Shown here: one piece after another, positions 57,432 through 64,000 of the stretch
Position numbering within the stretch: position 1 is the stretch's first letter
Layout of the letters: every line of letters begins with the position of its first letter
Source of the DNA: Myxococcota bacterium
GTDB taxonomy: Bacteria > Myxococcota_A > UBA9160 > SZUA-336
NCBI GenBank assembly: GCA_965247115.1
Contig: CBDFGR010000002.1
Span: 320,001-384,000, forward strand
Length of the DNA stretch: 64,000 nt
Direction of reading: 5' to 3'
The notes under the pieces: model-generated
What the model was told of the DNA's origin: nothing
Databases searched by the model: none
What the model saw: the letters and a program-made list of their open reading frames with translations, nothing else
Made by a program: the position numbers and the translations under genes

Positions 57432-58955
57432 TCACGTGCGGCGGCGCCACCAGCCCAGAATGCCGGCCAGCAGGATCGCTTCGGGAAGCAGGAACAGCGA
57501 CGCGAAGCGGAAGTTGGCGAAGGCCTCGAGCGTCATGGCGACGTTGGATGCGCGCGGCAGCTTGCGGTCGATCGTGATGAAGCTCTCCTCCCCGACGAGC
57601 CAGTTTATGGCGTTGAGGAAGAAGTCCGCGTTGAAGAACTCCGCGATGTAGCGGTTGCGTGCAAAGTCCGCATCTCCGATGACGACGAGCCGGCCCTCTC
57701 GGCCCTCGTCCTCCGTGTCGAAGGTGCGGGCCACAGCCAGGGCGATCGGACCCGAGCGGTCCACACTGTCATCGAGCTGCACCTCGCGTCGATCGACGAA
57801 AGCATCGAGATCGGTCTCGGCCCAGCTGGTTGCGCCTGTCGTGGCCAGCTCGACGATGCCGTTCGAGGCGTCGACCGAGCGGACCGAGCGTGCCAGGGTG
57901 AAGATCGTCGGCTCGTTCCCGAGCTCGTCCGTGATCGGGTGCGAGCCGTAGCTGGTCACGACCGGCTGGACTCCTAGCTGTGGCCCCGCGAAGAGCTGAA
58001 GCTGCTCTTCGACGACGATGTCGTTCCCCAGCTCTACGCCCCAGCTGCTGAGCGTCTGCTCGAGGTTGCTATGCACGAGGGGATCAGCCAGGACGAGGAG
58101 CCGGCCTCCACCCCGGAGATACGTGTCTAGCATGCTGAGCTCGCGCTCGAAGAGGGAGTGGGTTGGACCCCCGATGACGACGGCATCCGCATCGGTGGGC
58201 ACCTCTGGCTCGTTCGCGAGCAGGACCTCGAGCCCCTCGATGTTCTCGTCCTCCAGGCTCGCACGAACGCGCGAGAAGCCCTCGACCTCCTCATCGAAAG
58301 GCCCGGCCTCGCCATGTCCCGTGACAAAGTAGACCCTCTTCTTGCTCGAGATGGCGCCACGGATGGCCCGTGTGATCTGCTCTTCGGAGACCTCATCGAT
58401 ACGGACCGTTCCGGTCGCGGTCTCGCACGGCCCGAGGCATACGATCACCACACCGTCGGACCGGATCTCGAAACGAGCGGCGAGATCCGGGCGCCGGTTC
58501 GGATCGAAGAAGTGCAGCGATATGCGCTCGCTCGCGTAGACGTACTGGTCGAGCTGCGGCTTTGCGGCCCCCTCCCCTCCGCTCGTGAAGAAGGCGTAGA
58601 TCGTCATGCCGCTCTCTGGGATCTGCTCCAGCACCGTCCGCGTACCGTCGGTGAGGGTGTGCACCTGCGCCTCGGTCACATCCCAATGCACGGGGTGGCG
58701 CACAGACAGGAACGCGAGCAGGCCCGCGATGGCGCACAGGAGGACGGTCTGGATGATGACGTTCAGCCCTCCACGCCGCGGCTCGCTGCCGAGGATCTCG
58801 GGCAGCGCGGACCAGCTCCGCAGCGCAGCCAGGCCGAGCAGTAGGGCTCCCCCGCCAATGTGCAGATAGACGACCGGCGCCGAGGCAGCGACGAAGAACC
58901 CGAACAGCCCGAAGATCAGCACTACGCTGCCGATGCTCGCGAGTAAGGCGCCCAC
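57432..58955 (-). CDS. GldG-like ABC auxiliary component
   Basis: WDVTEAQVHTL, VYFVTGHGE, YLRGGGRLLVLADP, RLVVIGDADF, NAINWL, C-terminal TM + WWRRR. Confidence 0.88.
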   Translation of the reverse strand: MGALLASIGSVVLIFGLFGFFVAASAPVVYLHIGGGALLLGLAALRSWSALPEILGSEPRRGGLNVIIQTVLLCAIAGLLAFLSVRHPVHWDVTEAQVHTLTDGTRTVLEQIPESGMTIYAFFTSGGEGAAKPQLDQYVYASERISLHFFDPNRRPDLAARFEIRSDGVVIVCLGPCETATGTVRIDEVSEEQITRAIRGAISSKKRVYFVTGHGEAGPFDEEVEGFSRVRASLEDENIEGLEVLLANEPEVPTDADAVVIGGPTHSLFERELSMLDTYLRGGGRLLVLADPLVHSNLEQTLSSWGVELGNDIVVEEQLQLFAGPQLGVQPVVTSYGSHPITDELGNEPTIFTLARSVRSVDASNGIVELATTGATSWAETDLDAFVDRREVQLDDSVDRSGPIALAVARTFDTEDEGREGRLVVIGDADFARNRYIAEFFNADFFLNAINWLVGEESFITIDRKLPRASNVAMTLEAFANFRFASLFLLPEAILLAGILGWWRRRT

Positions 58956-58966
58956 GCCCCTGGTCC

Positions 58967-59743
58967 TTAGCGCCAGCGCAGCGAGTCGATCGCCGCGCGT
59001 CCGAGCGAGAGAAAGATCACGATCATCGCCCCGAAGTAGGCCAGATCCTCGGAGCGGAGCTCACCCCGCAGCCCCTGCTCGTAGTGCGAGGACGTGCCGA
59101 GGTAGCGCAAGAGCGCGCTCACGGCCTCGTTCTCCGCGCCCTCCGCTGCCGCGGGGAGCACGAGCAGCACCAGACCCGCCACGATGCCCACGGAGCCGGC
59201 GATGATCTGGTTGCGTGTCAACGCGGACACGAAGCAGCCCAGCGCCGCGAGTCCCGCGCCGTAGCAGAAGAGCGCGAGCAACCCGACGAGCGTCTGCCAC
59301 GGCTCCGGGTTCCCGTACAGGAAAAGCAGCCCCGGATAGATCGCCGTCAACGACACGAGCAGCGCGACGATCACGAGTACCGCCAGGTACTTGCCGACCA
59401 CGATCTCCCAGACGCTCACCGGACTCGTAAGGATTAGCTCGATCGTCCCCGTCGACCGCTCCTCCGAGAACGCACGCATGGTGAGCAACGGAATGAGCAC
59501 CAGAAAGACGATCGCGAACGTGAAGAAGGCGGGTGCGATGACGACGTCGTTGAGGTTCCACTGCTCCAGGAGATGCAGCATGCCGAGCGCCTGGATCTGC
59601 TGTACCTGCGTGAGGAACAGGCCGAGGCTCGCAAAGAAGATGAAGCCGGCAAAGACCACATAAACGGCGAGAATGACGAAGGCCACTGGCGTGGCAAAGA
59701 CCGAGCGCAGCTCGCGACCAGCGATGGCAGGGACGTGCCTCAC
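58967..59743 (-). CDS. GldF-like ABC-2 permease
   Basis: RELRSVFATP, PLLTMRAFSEERSTGTIELILTSP, GKYLA. Confidence 0.9.
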   Translation of the reverse strand: MRHVPAIAGRELRSVFATPVAFVILAVYVVFAGFIFFASLGLFLTQVQQIQALGMLHLLEQWNLNDVVIAPAFFTFAIVFLVLIPLLTMRAFSEERSTGTIELILTSPVSVWEIVVGKYLAVLVIVALLVSLTAIYPGLLFLYGNPEPWQTLVGLLALFCYGAGLAALGCFVSALTRNQIIAGSVGIVAGLVLLVLPAAAEGAENEAVSALLRYLGTSSHYEQGLRGELRSEDLAYFGAMIVIFLSLGRAAIDSLRWR

Positions 59744-60489
59744 GGCTTGGCTTCCTCCCCCGCGGCCAGCTCAGCTCCGGCGGCCTCGACCTGGCGCAGG
59801 AAGACCTGCTCGAGTGAGCCCTGCTCGCGCACGACCTCAAGACTGCTGTCCAGGCGCATCCGGCCGTAAACGATGATCATGACGCGCTGGCAGATGGTCT
59901 CGACCTCGGCCAGGAGGTGCGTCGACAAGAGGATGGTTCGCCCCTGCTCGTGACTCAGCGAGCGGATCAGGTCCCGGATCTCCGTGATCTGCACGGGGTC
60001 GAGACCAGAGGTCGGCTCGTCGAGCACGAGCACATCAGGATCGTGGACGATTGCCTGTGCCAGGCCCACGCGCTGGCGGAAACCCTTGGAGAGCGTCCGG
60101 ATCACGCGGCCCGGAACCTCTGCGAGGCCGCAGGACTCGAGCGCATGCTCGACCTTCGCGCCCCGTTCGCGCCGCGGCACGTCGTGCAGCGTGGCTACGT
60201 AGCGGACATAGTCTTCCACGCGCATCTCCGGGTAGAGCGGCGGCGTTTCTGGCAAATACCCGACCGCCCGCTTCGCAGCCATCGACTCGGAGCCGAGGGG
60301 GTGCCCTGCGATCGTCACGCGGCCGGCGCTCGGCGGCATGTAGCCGGTGAGCACACGCATGGCGGTGGTCTTGCCTGCCCCATTCGGGCCGAGGAAGCCG
60401 ACAATCTCTCCCTCGTTGATGTCGAACGAGAGATCCTCCAGCGCGACCAGCGCGCCGTACCGCTTGCTGAGGCCGTCGACCTCGATCAC
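59740..60489 (-). CDS. GldA-like ABC ATPase
   Basis: GPNGAGKTT, LSKGFRQR, LDEPTSGLDP, STH; GTG start overlapping the TetR stop. Confidence 0.93.
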   Translation of the reverse strand: MIEVDGLSKRYGALVALEDLSFDINEGEIVGFLGPNGAGKTTAMRVLTGYMPPSAGRVTIAGHPLGSESMAAKRAVGYLPETPPLYPEMRVEDYVRYVATLHDVPRRERGAKVEHALESCGLAEVPGRVIRTLSKGFRQRVGLAQAIVHDPDVLVLDEPTSGLDPVQITEIRDLIRSLSHEQGRTILLSTHLLAEVETICQRVMIIVYGRMRLDSSLEVVREQGSLEQVFLRQVEAAGAELAAGEEAKP

Positions 60490-61091
60490 CCCGCACCCAC
60501 TCCGTTCAGAAAGAGGTCTACCACGACGCGGCCGCCTTCCTTCTCGAAGCCATCGGGCGGACGGAACAGCCCGAGCACCTGGCACTGCAGGACCAGCTGG
60601 AGCCCGCCGAGAAAGAGCAACATCAGCAAGGAAGGATGCACCCTGTTCGAGAGCTGGCCCTCGGACTGGCCCTGCTCGATGATTCGAGTCACCACGCCGA
60701 AGGCGCCGGCAATCTGGTCGACGTGGATGGGCTCCAGGAATTTCGACATGTGCGAGAACTCGAGCAACAAGAGCTCCACCACCTGCGGGCGCGTGCGATA
60801 CCCCTCGATGAACACGCCCGCCGCCCGCTCGAGTCGGTCGCGCGCGTCGCGCCCCCGCTTGGAGGCCTCCTCCAACCGCTCGCTCACCTGAGCCCAGCGC
60901 TGCTCGAAGATCGTATTGAGGATCTCTTCCTTGTTCTTGAAGTAGTGGTACACGAGTCCATATGCGATGCCTGCTTCCGTCGCGATGTCCGCGATGCGGG
61001 TCGCGTAGACACCCTTGCGGCTGAACACCTCGAGTGCCGCGTCGAGTATCTGTTCCCGCTTGGCGGATCGCTCGTGCTTTGGCCCGGTCAT
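60486..61091 (-). CDS. TetR/AcrR family regulator
   Basis: ILDAALEVF..G..ATRIADIATEAGIAYGLVYHYFKNKEEI. Confidence 0.93.
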   Translation of the reverse strand: MTGPKHERSAKREQILDAALEVFSRKGVYATRIADIATEAGIAYGLVYHYFKNKEEILNTIFEQRWAQVSERLEEASKRGRDARDRLERAAGVFIEGYRTRPQVVELLLLEFSHMSKFLEPIHVDQIAGAFGVVTRIIEQGQSEGQLSNRVHPSLLMLLFLGGLQLVLQCQVLGLFRPPDGFEKEGGRVVVDLFLNGVGAG

Positions 61092-61189
61092 GTGGATGGG
61101 TTGCGGGAGGTCTGACCAATCTAACCATGCACCTCCGCGCGAGCAACCCGCTGCTCCGAGAATGCCTGCGAGTCCGCTACCCTAGCCAG

Positions 61190-62281
61190 GTGCGCGTCGC
61201 GATCGTGATCGAGCGTTTTGGGGCGGAGACCGGCGGGGTCGAGTCCGCCGGACGGCACCTCGTGTCCGAGCTGGCGGCCCGCGACGTCGACGTGACCGTC
61301 TTCTGCCGTGAGGCCGGCGGGCCGGCGCCCGACGGCGTAGCTGTCGAGACCCTTCCCGTGTCGACTCGCTGGCAGCCGCTGCGCCTGAAACGGTTCTCGG
61401 CCAAGGCCTCCGAGGCAACGCGTGGGCGCTTCGATGTCGTGCACGGCCTGTCGCGCACGCGCGAGCAGCACATCTACCGAGTCGGGGGAGGCTGCCACGC
61501 CGCCTACATGGAACGGGTGTACCGGAGCCCCGGACTGCTGCGCGCGCTCTCCCCGCGCCATCGGACGATCCTCGCGATCGAAGAGGCCGTGCTTCGCGAC
61601 GAGGCACAGCTCATCCAGTGCAACGCCCGCTGGGTCAAGAACGAGCTGCGCCGTCGCTATTCGGTCGCCTCCGAGAGGCTCGTCACGATCTACAACGGCG
61701 TCGATGCGGAGCGCTTTCACCCGCGCCAGCAGCTCGCGCACCGCGACAGGATCCGCAGCGAGCTCGGCGTCGCAGGTCCGCTGGCGCTGTTCGTGGGCAC
61801 GGGCTTTGCCCGCAAGGGGTTGGACCTTGGGATTCGCGGACTCGCCGCGAGCGGCGTCGCTGCGGATCTTGCGGTAGCGGGCGCGGGAGATTCCGGCCCG
61901 TTCCGACGACTCGCCGCAGAGCTCGGCGTCTCCGAGCGCGTGCACTTCCTCGGCCCCCGCTCTGACGTCGAGACCCTCTACGCGGCCGCGAACCTGTTCG
62001 TGCTCCCCACGCGCTATGACGCCTTCTCGAACGCCTGCCTGGAGGCCATGGCTTCAGGGCTGCCGGTCGCAACCACGCCGGCAAACGGCGCCTCGGAGCT
62101 GATCGAGCCAGGGACGAACGGACTGCTCTGCGAGGGTGACTTCACTCCGGCCTTTCGCGCGCTCGCAGACACGGAAGCCCTCGAGAAGCTCGGCCTCGAG
62201 GCGCGGCGGTGCGCAGAGCGACTCACGTGGAAGGCGCACACGGACCGGGTCCTCGAGCTCTACGCAAGGGTCGTCACGTGA
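61190..62281 (+). CDS. GT4 glycosyltransferase (WaaG/RfaG-like, LPS core)
   Basis: GGVE, IYNGVD, FVGTGFARKG, YDAFSNACLEAMASGLPV. Confidence 0.9.
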   Translation: MRVAIVIERFGAETGGVESAGRHLVSELAARDVDVTVFCREAGGPAPDGVAVETLPVSTRWQPLRLKRFSAKASEATRGRFDVVHGLSRTREQHIYRVGGGCHAAYMERVYRSPGLLRALSPRHRTILAIEEAVLRDEAQLIQCNARWVKNELRRRYSVASERLVTIYNGVDAERFHPRQQLAHRDRIRSELGVAGPLALFVGTGFARKGLDLGIRGLAASGVAADLAVAGAGDSGPFRRLAAELGVSERVHFLGPRSDVETLYAAANLFVLPTRYDAFSNACLEAMASGLPVATTPANGASELIEPGTNGLLCEGDFTPAFRALADTEALEKLGLEARRCAERLTWKAHTDRVLELYARVVT

Positions 62282-63567
62282 GTGACGAGCTCTCCGAGCT
62301 GGCGCGCAAGCTGCGCACCGGTGACTCCCCGGCCGGGGCTCTCGTGCTCAAGCGCAGCCCGGTGCGCGTCGTCATCCGCTCCGGAGATCGCCTTCTCAAG
62401 CTGTGGCTGCGCCCGTCCAAGGCGCCCAGGCGCGAGGCTCGAGCCATCCGCCTCGCGGCCGCCAGGGGCCTCCCCGTGCCCGAGCTCCTCGGTGGGGGAG
62501 ACGACTGGGTCGCGACGCGCTGGCTCAACGGTCGTCCCGCGGAGCGCGGCGACATTGACCGGATCCTCCCCGTCGTGGAGCACATGCATGAGCTCGGGGG
62601 GCTGCACGGCGATCTTCACCTCGGGAACATCCTGATCTGCCAGGGCGAGGTGCGCCTGCTCGACCTGCAACGAATGCGCTTCCTCCCGAGCACTCCGGCA
62701 CTCCTGCGCCGACGCGAGCTCGGCTACTTGGCCTACTCGCTCGGTGAGCCCCTGCCGGCGGTCCTGGCGTCGGCGCGCTTCTGGTGCGATCGGCGTGCAC
62801 ACACTCACTGGCGGAGTCGCACCAAGCGGGCACTCAAGGAGAGCTCTGGCTTCACCCCGTTTGAGCGCGCTGGCGTCCGCGGCTTCCGACGCCGGGAGGT
62901 CGACCAGGACCGCCTGCGCGCCGCTCTGGCGGAGCCGAACGGCGGCGAGCTTCTCAAGGACGACCCCCGCACGCGGCTGCTCCGCCACGAGCACTGGATT
63001 CTCAAACAGCACCCGTCGCAGCGCCAGGCGCGCTCCGCCTGGGTCGCGGCGCAGGGCCTCGAGTCGCGCGGAATCCGGACGGCGCGGGCGCTGGCCTGGT
63101 CGGGTCGCTGGCTCGTCATGGAAGACGCCGGCCCGACGCTGTCGGACTGGATCGACGCCGAGTTCGCGCAGACCTGCGGGCGCGCGCACGACGAGCTGGC
63201 ACGTGTGCTGGGCGAGCTGCTCGGTGCGCTTCACCGACGCGGGATCTACCATGCGGACCTCAAGGCAAACAACATCGTCTGGTCTCCAGGCGCGCCCGCC
63301 CGCCTGCTCGACTACGGCCGCGTACTCTTTCGGAAGACACTCTCACACCACAAGAGGGTCAAGAACCTCGCTCAACTCAACGCCGCGCTTCCGGACGCCG
63401 TGCCCGGCGCGCTGCGGGAGGCCGCGCTCGCGCATTACGTCCGGAGCAGTGGCTTCGAGGGCGACATCCACGCGCTGCGGCGTAACGTGATCGCGCTGAG
63501 CTTGCGCCGTCAGCATCGCTGGAGCGGCTGCCCGCGAGAACAGCGGCAACACATCGAGGCGGAATGA
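62278..63567 (+). CDS. Tandem-domain LPS kinase (Kdo/WaaP/InaA family)
   Basis: Two kinase catalytic loops, HGDLHLGN/LLDL and HADLKANN/LLDY; KNLAQLN. Confidence 0.8.
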   Translation: MSDELSELARKLRTGDSPAGALVLKRSPVRVVIRSGDRLLKLWLRPSKAPRREARAIRLAAARGLPVPELLGGGDDWVATRWLNGRPAERGDIDRILPVVEHMHELGGLHGDLHLGNILICQGEVRLLDLQRMRFLPSTPALLRRRELGYLAYSLGEPLPAVLASARFWCDRRAHTHWRSRTKRALKESSGFTPFERAGVRGFRRREVDQDRLRAALAEPNGGELLKDDPRTRLLRHEHWILKQHPSQRQARSAWVAAQGLESRGIRTARALAWSGRWLVMEDAGPTLSDWIDAEFAQTCGRAHDELARVLGELLGALHRRGIYHADLKANNIVWSPGAPARLLDYGRVLFRKTLSHHKRVKNLAQLNAALPDAVPGALREAALAHYVRSSGFEGDIHALRRNVIALSLRRQHRWSGCPREQRQHIEAE

Positions 63568-64000
63568 CACTTCGGTCGATCGAGATAGTGGAGGATCACA
63601 CGGCCCACGGCCGCTGCGACGAGGGGTTCATCACGGTCTCGCGCCTGGTGCTGCGAAACGTCTACGAGGACGGATCGACGTCGGAGCCGTACCCGTGCGA
63701 CATCGCTTCCAGGCCGGGCAGCGACGCAGTCGTCGCCATCCTGTACGAGCTCGGAGCGAACGGCGACGTCCGCGTCATCCTGCGAGAGGGTCCGCGCGCC
63801 CCGATCTACCTGCGAAAGCACAAGCGCTTCGAGCAGCCCGACCCCCGCGAGTACCGCTCCATCGTCGAGGTGGTCGCCGGGCTCCTCGAGCCGGGCGACG
63901 GCTCCGACGAGGACGGCCTGCGCCGGCGCGCGTCGATCGAGGCCCGCGAGGAGGCGGGAGTCGACCGAGCCCCCGAGGGCTTCACTCCCGTCGGCGGCGA
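63564..64000 (+). CDS. NUDIX hydrolase (partial, runs off the window)
   Basis: Translated by hand from ATG 63564: ...EVVAGLLEPGDGSDEDGLRRRASIEAREEAG. Confidence 0.8.
   Translation, partial: MTLRSIEIVEDHTAHGRCDEGFITVSRLVLRNVYEDGSTSEPYPCDIASRPGSDAVVAILYELGANGDVRVILREGPRAPIYLRKHKRFEQPDPREYRSIVEVVAGLLEPGDGSDEDGLRRRASIEAREEAGVDRAPEGFTPVGG

Noticed and set aside
60490..61146. Apparent extension of the ABC ATPase (468-aa ORF)
   Set aside because: Alternative frame of the TetR gene; Arg-rich sequence with no motifs

Overview
High-GC bacterial chromosome segment. The gene set (tol-pal, dksA, RpoH-type sigma, bactofilin, holB-metG-tatD, pan RNA) suggests a Myxococcota/'deltaproteobacterial' lineage; this is inferred, not searched. 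A minus-strand tmRNA gene (34454-34820, tag ADENLALAA) divides the window. Right of it (34.8-64 kb) is core genome: smpB, panBC, rsmA-tsaD-dksA-cpoB-pal-tolBARQ, pepA, rpoH-like sigma, moaB and a moaD-moaE fusion, bactofilin, holB, metG, tatD, a Gld-type ABC system and LPS genes. Left of it (1-34.4 kb, downstream of the tmRNA 3' end) is an integrase-less mosaic of about 29 mostly catabolic genes in 1-3 gene units. It is rich in amide/C-N hydrolases: dimethylformamidase, ATP-dependent hydantoinase/lactamase, amidase, N-acyl-D-amino-acid deacylase, PuuE, cyclase/formamidase and a PTER-like enzyme. It also carries three luciferase-like oxidoreductases. Best non-obvious signals: (i) a 20/21-nt degenerate copy of the tmRNA 3' end at 29511-29531, a probable att scar of an insertion at ssrA; (ii) rsmA/ksgA appears to start at ATA, a possible start-codon-fidelity feedback loop; (iii) an LLM gene appears to start at CTG; (iv) at least five genes have a TANNNT-N6-start leaderless signature; (v) a pan RNA plus terminator upstream of panB and a candidate structured leader upstream of the DEAD-box helicase; (vi) REP-like inverted repeats. 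All product calls are from motif recognition by eye; no database search was run.
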